Shown piece after piece: positions 28,915-40,263 of a DNA stretch of 52,976 nt. The first letter of the stretch is position 1; the number at the start of each line of letters is the position of its first letter. Below the pieces are notes generated by a model. It did not search any database, had not been told where the DNA came from, and was given only the letters and a program-made list of their open reading frames with translations. The stretch is from an uncultured delta proteobacterium. GTDB lineage: Bacteria; Desulfobacterota; Syntrophia; Syntrophales; UBA5619. A program made the position numbers and the translations under genes. The stretch spans positions 1 through 52,976 of the forward strand of contig CAWFOM010000022.1 in NCBI GenBank assembly GCA_963817385.1, given 5' to 3'.

Positions 28915-29880
28915 ATGACAGATAAAAAAAGAAGTGACTGGCATCTTGAGTTCGGCTTCCATGGATTCGAACTTGAGGATCAACATTACGACCTTGGTAG
29001 TGGACTTGTGCTATCCCGCGTTAAATTCCCTTTAGAAGAAAGCGATCCAACCTCGGCATTCATCATTAAGATGTCTCATTTCTCTTCTAAAATACCCCCC
29101 ACTGTTATTCTCAAAACCGAGATGAAAAACAAAACTGAAAATGAAATACATTCAGAATTTTTTATTTTAGGTCGACTTTTTCTATTACTCGGCCGTGGAT
29201 CTGTACAAACTACAAGCTATTACCGCTATCTGCCAGAGGGAGAATCTACTTGGCGTCAACCTGTAACAAGTTCTTCTTTCTATACAATGTCTGCCTCCTA
29301 TCGCATCAAGAATGACATAATCCCTCAGCTAAAAAGTATGATAACTACACTCCTATCTCCACTCAGAGGTATACTCTGCGAAACTTCGATTCCAAAGGAA
29401 GCTCAACCAATCATAATAGCTTTAAAACGCTATCATGATGCAATAGTCACCCATTTGGACTTTGATGACACATTTTTGTTTGGAATCAATTGCTTAGAAT
29501 CCTTATTTCTAAAAGAAGATGAAACCCAAGAATTGATGTTCCGAGTGCAAAATAGGATTTCTTTGCTGTTTTCCTATTTTGAAGGTTTTAGTTCCTTAGA
29601 AGTTCGTGATAATATACGCCAGGCCTATAAAGCGAGGAATAAAACTGCACATGGAGGAACGATCACGCAAACCGATAGAAAACAACTTCAACCTGTTCAT
29701 GTTAGTCTCCAAAATTACGATAGGCTCTCGATTCAGATATTTCTCCAATTGCTCAAAATCTTTCCTAAAAAGACTCTAATTGATAAGTTAGATGAGGCAT
29801 TCGTGGATCACTCGGCAAGAGAGGAGATAGGAAACCTAATTCATAAACAAAAGCTTAAAATTCTAAACATTCATAGCTGA
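28915..29880 (+). CDS. Apea-like HEPN domain protein (putative RNase / defence effector)
   Basis: AT-rich; CLESLF...ELMFR...R.S and AYKARNKTAHGG (RxxxxH motif). Confidence 0.8.
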   Translation: MTDKKRSDWHLEFGFHGFELEDQHYDLGSGLVLSRVKFPLEESDPTSAFIIKMSHFSSKIPPTVILKTEMKNKTENEIHSEFFILGRLFLLLGRGSVQTTSYYRYLPEGESTWRQPVTSSSFYTMSASYRIKNDIIPQLKSMITTLLSPLRGILCETSIPKEAQPIIIALKRYHDAIVTHLDFDDTFLFGINCLESLFLKEDETQELMFRVQNRISLLFSYFEGFSSLEVRDNIRQAYKARNKTAHGGTITQTDRKQLQPVHVSLQNYDRLSIQIFLQLLKIFPKKTLIDKLDEAFVDHSAREEIGNLIHKQKLKILNIHS

Positions 29881-30112
29881 AGTAAAACAGAACAATATGA
29901 TTCCTTTGTTGTCCAATGACAGACTTCGGCTGTGAAAAATAATCAGGATAGCCCAACAATGCTCTTTCCATCCGTAATCCTCATCCATGATAACTAACTG
30001 CCACTCAATAGTTGTAACCCAGGCAAGGCCCATTTCAACCAGGTTATCAAATCGGAAGTACTCATGAACCCGACGGAGAGAAAAGATTTCCTCCCATAAA
30101 AAGGAACAGGAT

Positions 30113-30784
30113 ATGAATTCAGAGATGCTGCAGTATACCAGGCCGTCGCCGGCCGTCGACTCCGACAGCGGGGTGATCGTGGAGTTTGCAGGGAAGAACA
30201 ACGGCGGTTCCTCCGATCGGAGGGAGCAGGCGGTCAAACTCTATTACGCCGTGCGGGACGGCATCCGGTACGATCCGTATACCATCGATCTGTCGATCGA
30301 GGGGCTCCGGGCGAGCACCACGCTGCTAAACGGCCGCGGCTGGTGCGTATCCAAGGCGGTCCTGCTCGCGGCCTGCTGCCGGAGCGTGGGGATTCCCGCC
30401 CGGCTGGGCTTTGCCGATGTCCGGAACCATCTCACGACGGCGCGCATGCGCGAGCACATGAAGACCGATATCTTCTTCTGGCACGGGTATACGTCCATTT
30501 ACCTCGACGGGGCGTGGATAAAGGCGACTCCCGCCTTCAATATCGAGCTTTGCGAGCGTTTCCGCCTCAGGCCCCTCGAATTCGACGGGCGCGGCGACTC
30601 GATTTATCACCCGTTCGATCTCGAGGGGAAACGGCACATGGAATACCTCGCATTTCGCGGGGAATTCGCCGATGTCCCGCTCGATGAGATGGCGGAGACG
30701 TTCCGCCGGGAATACCGCATGGATCCCGCCTGGATGAAGGCCGACTTCGATCGCGAGGTCGATGAGGAGACCAAGAAAGGTTGA
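30113..30784 (+). CDS. Transglutaminase-like protein
   Basis: VRDGIRYDPY, GWCVSKAVLLAACCRSVGIPARLGF, HGY, KATPAFN. Confidence 0.9.
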   Translation: MNSEMLQYTRPSPAVDSDSGVIVEFAGKNNGGSSDRREQAVKLYYAVRDGIRYDPYTIDLSIEGLRASTTLLNGRGWCVSKAVLLAACCRSVGIPARLGFADVRNHLTTARMREHMKTDIFFWHGYTSIYLDGAWIKATPAFNIELCERFRLRPLEFDGRGDSIYHPFDLEGKRHMEYLAFRGEFADVPLDEMAETFRREYRMDPAWMKADFDREVDEETKKG

Positions 30785-30854
30785 AGTCGTGGACCATCAA
30801 AGCGAAGGGGAGGGAGCTGCCAGCAGCCTTAGATCCTCGGAACCGGTCAGCCGC

Positions 30855-32772
30855 CTACTTTTTTATGTAATTGAGCAACCCCCCGGCCAGGATGATCGCC
30901 ACCTGCCGTTTGGTGAAATCGTAGGTAAGCGGGAAGGTTGAGTTCCTGGTCAGGTTCCTGACTGCCAAATCCCCTCCCGAACCGAGCGCCCCATGAATGC
31001 CGGCGATCTCCAGCTCGTCGCCCTGCTCCAGGGTATCCCAGACAGCAGCGTCGGCAAAGGTCAGCGGCATGATGCCCAGGTTGATCAGGTTGGAGTGGTG
31101 GATGCGGGCATAGGACTTCGCCAGGATCGCCTTGACGCCCAGGTACAGGGGCGCCATCGCGGCATGGTCCCGGCTTGAGCCCTGGCCGTAGTTGAGACCG
31201 CCGACCACGAATCCTCCCCCCCACTCCTTCGCCCGCCCGACAAAGGCCGGATCCACCGCGGTGAACATGTATTCGGAGATGGCCGGGACGTTGGAACGGA
31301 GCGAGAGGATATGGGTTCCGGACGGCAGGATATGGTCGGTCGTGATATTGTCCCCCACCTTGATCAGAACGCGGCAGCGCAGGGTATCCGGGACGGGTTT
31401 GGCCACGGGCACCGGTTTGATGTTGGGGCCGCAGATGATCTCCACGGATTGGGCGTCCTCGGCCGGGGCCAGGACCATGTTGTCATCAACGAGGTAGCGG
31501 GCGGGGGGCTCGATGACGATCGGGTCGCCCAGCGTGCGGGGGTCGGTGATGACCCCGGAGAGGGCGGCGGCGGCGCAGGTTTCGGGGCTCGCCAGGTAGA
31601 CCTGGGCGTCCGGCGTACCGCTCCGGCCCGGGAAATTGCGGTTGAAGGAGCGTACGGAGACGGCGCCGGTTGCGGGCGCCTGGCCCTGGCCGCAGCAGGG
31701 TCCGCACGTCGCCTCCAGGATACGCGCCCCGGCGGCGATGAGATCGGCCAGCGCACCGTTTCGGGCGATCATCGTGAACACCTGCTTGGTGCCGGGGGTG
31801 ACGGTGAGACTGATCCCGGGAGTGGACGGTCTTCCCTTTGAGGATGGCGGCGACCGCCATCAGATCCTCGTAGGAGGAGTTGGTGCACGAGCCGATGCAC
31901 ACCTGGTTTACCGGGATGCCTTCCACTTCCCGCACCCGGACTACGTTGTCCGGGCTGTGGGGCTTGGCGATGAGCGGCTCCAGTTCGCCCAGGTCGATCT
32001 CCATCTGCTCGTCGTAGGTCGCGTCGGCATCGGCGGCCATCGGTTTCCAGCTTTGGCCGCGGCCCTGGGCCTCCAGGAAGGCCTTCGTCCGCTCGTCGCT
32101 CGGGAAGACGGAGCTGGTAGCGCCCAGTTCCGCGCCCATGTTGCAGATCGTTGCCCGCTGGGTGACGCTCAGGGTCGCCGCACCGGGACCGTAATACTCG
32201 ACGATCCTGCCGACGCCGCCCTTCACGGTGAGGCGCCTGAGCACCTCCAGGATGATGTCCTTGGCCGCGACCCAGGGCGCCAGCCGGCCGGTCAGTTTCA
32301 CGCCCAGCACCTTCGGCATCGCGAGGTAGAGCCGCCCGCCGCCGGATGCCGCTATCGCCTCCAGCCCCCCCAGGCCGATGGCCAGCGAGCCCATGCCGCC
32401 GGCGGTCGGGGTGTGGCTGTCCGTACCCACCATCGTCTTGCCCGGCGCGGCAAACCGTTCGAGATGCACCTGGTGACAGATGCCGTTACCGGCCCGGGAG
32501 AAAAGCGCCCCGTACTTGGCGGACACCGACTGAAGATACCGGTGATCGTCGGCGTTGCGGAAATCGGTCTGGAGCATGTTGTGGTCGGTGTAGTTGACCC
32601 AGAGCTCCGTCCGGCCGCGGGGCAACCCCATGGCCTCGAACTGCTGCCAACCCAGCACCTGAAGGTCGTGGGTCATCGTCTGGTCGATCGTGATGGCGAT
32701 CTCCCGTCCCGGGATCATCTCTCCTTCAACCAGATGTTCCGCGATGATTTTGCGAGTGAGATTCTGTCCCAT
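30855..32772 (-). CDS. Single-chain aconitate hydratase-like protein (~640 aa), frameshift near 31820
   Basis: DHN, GICHQVH, DSHT, IGSCTN, CGPCCG, RSFNRNF, DNITTDHI, YGQGSSR across ORFs 31486-32772 and 30855-31781. Confidence 0.9.
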
Positions 32773-32785
32773 GAGCGTTACTCCT

Positions 32786-33683
32786 CTATTTTTTCGACTC
32801 CTCCCCCATGGCGATCCGGTCGTAGTGGATTTCCCGATCCATGAGGGCTTCGGATTCCACGATCGACTGCCGTTCCTGCCAGGTGCAGATCATGCCCTGA
32901 ACTCTCGCCGACTGGGCGCCATCCTCTTTCAACATTGCCATCGCCTGTCCGACGGCTTTGATGGCGGATCGCAGCGCCGTGTTGGCGCAGAGCATGAGCT
33001 TGAATCCCATCTTGTCCAGTTCGGCGGCCGAGAAGAGAGGCGTCTTTCCCGCCCTCCACCAGGTTGAGCAGCATCGGTTTTCCCTTGAAGGCGGTCGCCA
33101 CGGCGCGAACCTCTTCGACGGTCTGCGGCGCTTCGACAAAACCGATGTCGGCGCCTGCTTCAAAGTAGCGGTGGACTCGTTCGATGGCGGCCTCCAACCC
33201 TTCGCTTGCGCGGGAGTCGGTTCGGCCGATGATCAGGAAACGGGGATCTTTGCGGGCATCGACGGCGGCGCTCAGACGGCCGATCATCTCCCCGACCGGA
33301 GCCATCCGTTTTCCGCGGAAGTGGCCGCACCGTTTGGGGAACATCTGATCCTCCAGCTGGATGGCCGCCACGCCCGCATGTTCCAGCTCCCGGATGGTTC
33401 TCTGGACATTCAGATAGCCGCCGAAACCGGTATCGCCATCCACGATCATCGGGACAGTCGTGCGATCGCACATGGGCTTGATCGTCTGCAGCAGTTCGTC
33501 TACGGTTAACAGTCCGACGTCGCCAAGGCCCAGGTGGGCGTTGGAAATCCCTGCTCCCGTGGCAAAGATGGCCTCAAACCCGGCCTGCTCGGCTATCCTG
33601 GCAGTCAACGCATCATACGTGCCAGGCACCACAATGACCCCGGGACGCTTGATGAGTTCAGCAAACTTCTCTCTCTTATCCAT
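32786..33683 (-). CDS. ICL/PEP-mutase superfamily C-C lyase #3, frameshift near 33048
   Basis: DGDTGFGG, EDQMFPKRCGH, GRTDSR, FVEAP; shifted C-terminus GKTPLFSAAEL. Confidence 0.9.
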
Positions 33684-33843
33684 TTTTACCTCCAAAATCT
33701 GTTTTTCGAAATACCATAACCGGGCTGATTCATGGGTGAACCGGCCTGTGCCGGAATATTTCTCCTACGAAATCGCGACACCTGCGACACGCGCGAACAC
33801 CTTTTTTCCCTTTCCGCCGGTTTGCCTGTTCCTTCGCTCTTCT

Positions 33844-34764
33844 TCAGCGTCGGCGTCCGTATTTGCCCGCTAACGCCTCTTCGGTGAGAAATCGGTCTTC
33901 CAGTTCTTTCATTTGCGGGAACCCCATGAGGGTTGTGAGCTCCTCGAAGCTGAAGCACAGGTCGGGCCGTTCGATAACTTTTCCCTGAGCGATGGATTCT
34001 AAGATTACTTCCAGAGCTTTCTTCATGCCGGATAGGGCGGCAGCCGTGGTCATGCGGGGGAATGTCACTCGGGCGACGCCTAACTCTTCCAATCGTTTAA
34101 TGGATACAAGCGGCGTCGTCGGACGTTTCCTGATGGCGAGGCCCATGTTGATACTCACCGGCGCCGAGACGTTGCCGACGAATTTTGCGATGTCCTCTTC
34201 ACTCAGCACTGCGTCCGGAAAGACCATGTCGGCCCCGGCCTTGCGGTATATGTTGGCTCGTCTGATGGCCTCATCGATTCCGGCGATCGCCGCTGCATCG
34301 GTACGCGCGTTAATAATGAAATCGGGGTCCTTTCGTGCGGCGACGGCGGCTTCGATTTTCTTAACCATCTCTTCCGCGGGTATGATCTCTTTCCCCTTGA
34401 GGTGTCCGCATCGTTTCGGGGAGACCTGATCTTCCAAGTTTATTCCGGTTATCCCTGCTTCTTCAAACATTCTCACGGTGTGATAGACATTTACGGCGTT
34501 GCCGTAACCGGTATCGGCGTCGGCCATGACCGGTACATTTACCGCCTGTGCAATATTTCTACTGACCGTCACATTGTCGCTGAGCCCGAGTATCCCGAAA
34601 TCAGGAAGACCCAGAAAACTTTCTGATATACCCGCACCGGTAGTCGCCAGCGCCTTGAAGCCCATGGACTCGATCAATTTGGCGCTGAAACAGTCATAAG
34701 CGCCCGGCGCCACCAGTATCTCCGGAGCCTCGATCAAGCGACGCATTTGAGTCGTTTTCTTCAT
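33844..34764 (-). CDS. ICL/PEP-mutase superfamily C-C lyase #2
   Basis: PGAYD, DADTGYGN, EDQVSPKRCGH, ARTDA. Confidence 0.92.
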   Translation of the reverse strand: MKKTTQMRRLIEAPEILVAPGAYDCFSAKLIESMGFKALATTGAGISESFLGLPDFGILGLSDNVTVSRNIAQAVNVPVMADADTGYGNAVNVYHTVRMFEEAGITGINLEDQVSPKRCGHLKGKEIIPAEEMVKKIEAAVAARKDPDFIINARTDAAAIAGIDEAIRRANIYRKAGADMVFPDAVLSEEDIAKFVGNVSAPVSINMGLAIRKRPTTPLVSIKRLEELGVARVTFPRMTTAAALSGMKKALEVILESIAQGKVIERPDLCFSFEELTTLMGFPQMKELEDRFLTEEALAGKYGRRR

Positions 34765-34778
34765 GGATGAACCTCCCG

Positions 34779-35276
34779 TCAGACATCAAAAGAGGGATGG
34801 GCTCTCAAATAATTTTCCATCCCTCCGGAATCAACAATCTGCTGTACAAAGGGCGGCAGTGGCTGAGTGGTTATGATTCCGCCTTTTGTCAAATTCTCTA
34901 CCATCCCCTTGTCCAGGTCAACTCGGAGGCGATCACCCTCCTGGATCGATTGGGTGTCAACCCGCACGGCCGGTAAGCCGATATTGATGGCATTGCGGAA
35001 AAAGATCCTCGCAAATCCCTTTGCAAGCACTGCGGCTATCCCCGATTCTTTGATCACGGCCGGAGCCGCCTCCCGGGAGGAACCGCAGCCGAAATTGATC
35101 CCTCCGACAATGAAATCTCCCGGTTGTATCTCCCGGTGAAATCCCGGCCGGATGTCTTCCATGATATATTCCACCATCTGCTTGATATCGGTGAATCTCC
35201 CCTTGTGTTTTGCGGAAATGATGTAATCCGTATTGATATGATCCCCAAAAACATGGGCAACTCCTTCTAATCTCAT
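34779..35276 (-). CDS. LeuD/HacB/DmdB-type dehydratase small subunit
   Basis: GDHINTDYII, NFGCGSSRE, FARIFFRNAINIGL; GGAGG RBS before ATG 35276. Confidence 0.92.
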   Translation of the reverse strand: MRLEGVAHVFGDHINTDYIISAKHKGRFTDIKQMVEYIMEDIRPGFHREIQPGDFIVGGINFGCGSSREAAPAVIKESGIAAVLAKGFARIFFRNAINIGLPAVRVDTQSIQEGDRLRVDLDKGMVENLTKGGIITTQPLPPFVQQIVDSGGMENYLRAHPSFDV

Positions 35277-35307
35277 CGTCCAAGCCTCCTGAATCGCCTC
35301 AACACGA

Positions 35308-36570
35308 TTATGCCGAAAAATAGGGTCGCGGATCTGCAATCTTCCCTTCCAGGACGCTCGCGGCCACCGTGGCGGGAGAGGCAAGATAGATGAATGCCTT
35401 GGGATTCCCGAGTCGACCCTGAAAATTGCGGTTGGCCGTTGTTATCGCAACCTCTTCATCGGCCAACAGGGCATAGGCCGATCCGCCCGAGCAGGCGGCA
35501 CAACTGGAAGATTTGATGTGTGCACCGGCATCGATAAGCGTCGAGAGAATTCCTTCGGCCAGTGCAAGGGTGAACACTTCCTTGGAACTCGGAACGACAA
35601 AGAACCGGACGCCCGTCGCAATTTTTTTCCCTTTCAGCATCTTGGCGGCAATACGCAAATCCTCGAGCCGAGCCGCCGTGCATGTTGAAAGGTTCCCCTG
35701 ATGAATGGGTATCCCAAGCACCTCTTCCAGCGGGACCCCATTATCGACGCGGTGTGGTTTTGCCACGAAAGGAGAGAGTTTGGAAACATCAAAGGTCATT
35801 TCCTGAACGTAGCGGGCATCCGGATCCGGAACATGAGTGGTGAAGACGCGGGCAGGGTTTCGCCGGTTGACCCAATCCAGGGTCGTGTGATCCGGCGCGA
35901 TCATGCCGGCCTTTGCACCCATCTCGATGGCCATGTTGGTCATGGTAAATCGAGCGTCCATCGAAAGGTTTTCGATCACCGGCCCTGAAAATTCCACAGC
36001 CTTGTATGTCGCGCCGTCCGCCGTGACGGATGCAATGATATGCAGGATAATATCTTTTGCAAAAACACCCGGCGGAAGCGTCCCGATGATGTTCATTTTT
36101 ATCGTCTCGGGAACCATGAACCAGAGCTTCCCGGAAATCATGGCCACCGCCATATCCGTGGATCCCACCCCGGTTGAAAATGCCCCAAGTGCACCGTAGG
36201 TGCAGGTGTGGGAATCTGTGCCCACCACCAGTTCCCCCGGCAGCACATGTCCCTTTTCCGGCATCACCGAATGGCAGATGCCTTCTCCCTCGTAAAAAAT
36301 CCCCCCCATCTCCTGGTGAAATTGGCGCATTTTCCGCTGGGCCAATGCATTTGCCGCTCCCGGCGCCGGATAGTGGTGCTCGATCATCTGGATGACCTTT
36401 TTGGGGTCACACAGCTTATTCCCCTTCATCCGGTTAAAAACGTCCAGAGCCAACGGGCGATTGGCATCGTGCGTCATCATGGCATCGAGATCTGCTACCA
36501 CAATCTCGCCTGCTTTCACGGCACGGCCTGCATGCTTGGAAAAAATCTTTTCCGCTAATGTCATGCCCAT
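35308..36570 (-). CDS. LeuC/HacA/DmdA-type dehydratase large subunit
   Basis: MTLAEKI, GICH, DSHTCTYGA, NMAIEMGAK, Fe-S cysteines TCT and CAAC, NRNF. Confidence 0.92.
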   Translation of the reverse strand: MGMTLAEKIFSKHAGRAVKAGEIVVADLDAMMTHDANRPLALDVFNRMKGNKLCDPKKVIQMIEHHYPAPGAANALAQRKMRQFHQEMGGIFYEGEGICHSVMPEKGHVLPGELVVGTDSHTCTYGALGAFSTGVGSTDMAVAMISGKLWFMVPETIKMNIIGTLPPGVFAKDIILHIIASVTADGATYKAVEFSGPVIENLSMDARFTMTNMAIEMGAKAGMIAPDHTTLDWVNRRNPARVFTTHVPDPDARYVQEMTFDVSKLSPFVAKPHRVDNGVPLEEVLGIPIHQGNLSTCTAARLEDLRIAAKMLKGKKIATGVRFFVVPSSKEVFTLALAEGILSTLIDAGAHIKSSSCAACSGGSAYALLADEEVAITTANRNFQGRLGNPKAFIYLASPATVAASVLEGKIADPRPYFSA

Positions 36571-36593
36571 GATTTACCTCTTATCCTTCGCTG

Positions 36594-38088
36594 TCATCGG
36601 CGACTCGGCCTTTCTTGCGGGTCACTATATCCACAACCACGATGGCCGCGGTCAGCAGCGAGGAATAAAAGGCTGATCGGTTTCGTCAGGAAGATCAGCG
36701 CACCGTTGGACGATATCATGAGGGCCTGGCGGAGGGATTGCTCCAGCCGCTCACCCAGCACCATTCCCAGCACCAGCGCGACCGGTGTGAACCCCGACCA
36801 GCGCATGAAAAAACCCAGGACGCCGAAGAGCAGGACCAGGATCACGTCGGTCAAAGACGAGTTGATGGAATAGGCCCCGACCGAGGCGAAGACCAGGATG
36901 ATCGGCATGAGAAACTTCAACGGAATATCCAGAATTCTTATGAAGATTCCCACGGCCGGCAGATTCATAATGATCAGGATGATGTTGGCAATATAGAGGG
37001 AGGCGATGACCGTCCACATCAGCGGCGCCTGATCGATCATCATCTGCGGACCCGGTTTCAATCCATACATTGTCAGCACCGTCAGCAGAACGGCCGTCGT
37101 CCCGGAATGGGGGATCCCGAGCGTCAACAGGGGGATCAGCGCGCCGCCGGTGGAGGCGTTGTTGGCCGACTCGCAGGCGGTCATCCCCTCCAGGGCTCCC
37201 TTGCCGAACTCTTCCGGGTGTTTGGAGAGGCGCTTCTCGAAACTGTAGGAGAGAAACGAACCGAGAACAGAGCCGGCGGCCAAGAGGCCCGTCAGGAATC
37301 CGGTCAGGGAGCCTCGGAAGATGGGGCCCCACGCCGCCAGCCACTCCTTGCCATTGGGAATCCAGCGGCCCGCCCCGATCCGTTCGAGGGCGGCTTCAGC
37401 TTTTCCGTAGGTGGAAACCACGTACCAGAGCACTTCGCCAACCCCGAACACGCCGATGATCACGACCACGTTATCGATGCCGTCCAGCAGTTCGGGCACC
37501 CCCATGGTGAGCCGTCCGACGCCCGTCTGGAGGTCGGTTCCTATGACGGCCAGGATGAGCCCCATGACCAGGGCGGTTATGCCGCGCAGCATGGACTCGC
37601 TGATCAGTGTCGCGGCGAGGATCAATGCAAAGAACATGACCGAGAACATTCTCCGCAGGACCGAATTGCAGGGCGAAGGTCGCCAGGGGCAGGGCCACGA
37701 GCATCAAACCCACGATGGACAACGTGCCGCCGATGAATGATCCGACCTGGCAGAGCACCATCGCCACCCCGCCCCGCCCCTGTCTGGCCAGGGGGTATCC
37801 GTCCACGGCGGTCATCACCGAAGAGGCCTCTCCGGGGACATTGATCAGGATGGAGGTGATGGCCCCGCCATACATCGCGCCGCAGTAAACGCCCATCATC
37901 ATGATCAGGGCGGTGGCAGGATTCATCGCAAAGGAAATGGGAATCATCAGCGCCACCGTCGTGGAGGGGCCGATGCCCGGCAGAACGCCCACCACGGTTC
38001 CCAAAAAACATCCGATGAAAGCCGATAGAAGGTTCGGTACTGTCAGCGCCTGAGAAAAGCCGTTCATTATCAGAGGGAGGGTGTCCAT
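36594..38088 (-). CDS. tctA: Tripartite tricarboxylate transporter large membrane subunit, frameshift near 37650
   Basis: GVLPGIG, YGGAITSILINVPG, ESANNA, PLLTLGIP across ORFs 37471-38103 and 36594-37649. Confidence 0.9.
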
Positions 38089-38141
38089 TTTTTGACTCTC
38101 CACAATTTTGTCATCGATGATCCCGGCGGATCAACAAATGC

Positions 38142-38187
38142 GCTGTCGATCCCCACTGGCTTTGCAGAGCCAGTGGGGATCGACAGC
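38142..38187. repeat. Perfect 20-bp inverted repeat (hairpin) between tctB and tctA
   Basis: GCTGTCGATCCCCACTGGCT-TTGCAG-AGCCAGTGGGGATCGACAGC. Confidence 0.9.
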
Positions 38188-38196
38188 ATACGGATA

Positions 38197-38655
38197 CTAC
38201 CCGGGGAATGCGGTCAGTTGTATCCCCAGCAGCGTTGCAAAGAGAAGATAAGTCGCAAGGGTACAGCCGGCCGCGATCAGGAAATTCAGCCAGAGCCTCC
38301 GTTCCCCCAGGAGGTAGAAGCAGGCCATAAGAGCGCCGTGGTGGCGATCATAAAACCCAGACAGGGGCAAGGTGAGCACATAGAGGGCCGAGAAAAGCAC
38401 CAGGGGGAGAAACCGTCGCACGATGCCCGGTAATGTGATGTCCGCATCTCCACCGTGCGGAGGTGCGGCGCCCATGAGAAGCAGCCCGGAAAGGACGGCG
38501 AGCAGTATCGCCAGCGCCCCGGGATACATCTTTGACCCCACGAGATCGGCGGTTGCCGTGACGGGAAGACGCGAGACGCTGATGAGAACGAGGCCCGCTA
38601 CAACCAGAAGAAGGGCGGGAAGCAGCCTTTCCGAGAGTTTTGTCGGATGTTTCAT
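38197..38655 (-). CDS. tctB: Tripartite tricarboxylate transporter small membrane subunit
   Basis: Four TM segments, G...YP motif, F..LL.I.L..FPG; lies between tctC and tctA. Confidence 0.85.
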   Translation of the reverse strand: MKHPTKLSERLLPALLLVVAGLVLISVSRLPVTATADLVGSKMYPGALAILLAVLSGLLLMGAAPPHGGDADITLPGIVRRFLPLVLFSALYVLTLPLSGFYDRHHGALMACFYLLGERRLWLNFLIAAGCTLATYLLFATLLGIQLTAFPG

Positions 38656-38657
38656 CG

Positions 38658-39663
38658 CTACTTCTTCCCTTTCTTCAGCATGCCCATGGTTCCGAGCAAC
38701 TCACGATAGGTTTCATTGTCTTTCTCAAGTTGTCTTTTTGAACTCATCACCGGGGAGGAAGGCGTCGAACAGCTCGAATTTATCCAGCAGCCCTTTCCAG
38801 GTCTTGGTCTTGACCATGGCCGCGAACTTCTTGTTCCAGTAGTCGTAGGCAACCTTGGGCATCTCCGGCGGTCCGTAGATACCGCGCCAGTGGTAAATGG
38901 TAACGTCTATCCCGAGATCCTTCCAGGTGGGTACGTTGGGTATGCGATCGAGCTTTGGCGGGTGACGGATACGGCCAGAATGCGTATTTTCCCTGCTTCC
39001 AACTGTGCCGAAATTTCCGATATGTTGACGGAGAGAATGGGGACGTGATCGCCCAGCAGCTTCGCCATGGCGTCTCCCCCCGCATCGAAGACGACGATCT
39101 TGATCTTGCTGTAATCGATCGCCCTTCTGCTTTGGCGGGCAGCAGGATATTGAACTGGTCGTTGCTGGGGATGGTGCCGACGCCGAAGGTCACGGAGGTG
39201 GGGTCCTTCTTCAGATCCGCCAGGACCTCCAGGGCCGTTTTGTACTTGGAGTCGGCCCGAACGGCCCAGACAGTCGTACTCCGTGGTCAGGCGTGCGACG
39301 GGCGTCAAGTCCTTGTAGCCGTATTCGATCGTCCCCATGAGTTCATTCAGGAGGACGCGGTTGCTGTTGATGCCCAGCACATAACCGTTTCCCTTCTGAT
39401 TGACCAGGTATGAGGTTGTGATGTTCCCGCCGCCTCCGCCCTTGTGCATGATGGTGAAGGGCTTATCCAACATCTTTTCAACGGTCAAGGCCTGTTCGAT
39501 CGCACGGGCGTGAATGTCCAGCCCGCCGCCCGGGGAGCCTGCGGCGACCAATTGAACGGGTTTGGTGGGGTACGCCTGTTGCGCATTTCCCTGTCCTGCA
39601 ACCAGTGAGTAGAACGGTTGCGGTCAGGATAACCAGGGCCACACGAAAAGTCTTGCTTAGCAT
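38658..39663 (-). CDS. tctC: Tripartite tricarboxylate transporter periplasmic binding protein (Bug family), several frameshifts
   Basis: Signal peptide, PGGGLDIHAR, KGGGGG, GGDAMAKLLGDHV spread over ORFs 39478-39663, 38907-39551, 38780-39193 and 38658-38852. Confidence 0.85.
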
Positions 39664-39740
39664 GGACGTCTACCTCCTTTTTAAAAGGGTTTTAAGTCAT
39701 CTGGCCGCCGCACTGGGCGATCGCCAGTGTCATCCGAACG

Positions 39741-40260
39741 TCATTTGCCTTCTTCGATGCTTTGCAGGTGAAATGTTCCGTGTTTCTTGAAATGTTCCGA
39801 CAATCCTCCATCGTTCAGCAACTCCAGCATCACCGGGGGGAGCGGCGCCACCCTGATCTCCGTTCCCCGGGTGATGTTCCGGACCAGGCCGGCGCTCGAG
39901 GTCCACCTCCAGCTGGTCGCCTTCTTTGATGTTACCGGTGTCGCACTCCACGACCGGCAATCCGACGTTGATCGCATTGCGGAAGAAGATGCGGGCGAAT
40001 CCTTTGGCCAGCACGGCCGAAAGCCCCGCCAACTTGATCACCCGCGGCGCCGTCTCCCGGGATGAGCCGCACCCGAAATTGCTTCCCGCCACGATGAAAT
40101 CCCCCGGTGCGATCCTCCGGACAAAATCCGGATCGACGTTTCCCATGAGATACTTGGACATCTCCAGCATATCCGTCGTGGAAGACTTGTACTTGCTGGC
40201 GATGATGTCATCCGTATTGACATCGTTTCCAAAGATATGGGCCTTTCCCCTGAGCAGCAT
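39741..40260 (-). CDS. LeuD/HacB/DmdB-type dehydratase small subunit, frameshift near 39892
   Basis: GNDVNTDDII, NFGCGSSRE, FARIFFRNAINVGL; C-terminus PLPPVMLELLNDGGL in the shifted frame. Confidence 0.9.
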
Positions 40261-40263
40261 GGT

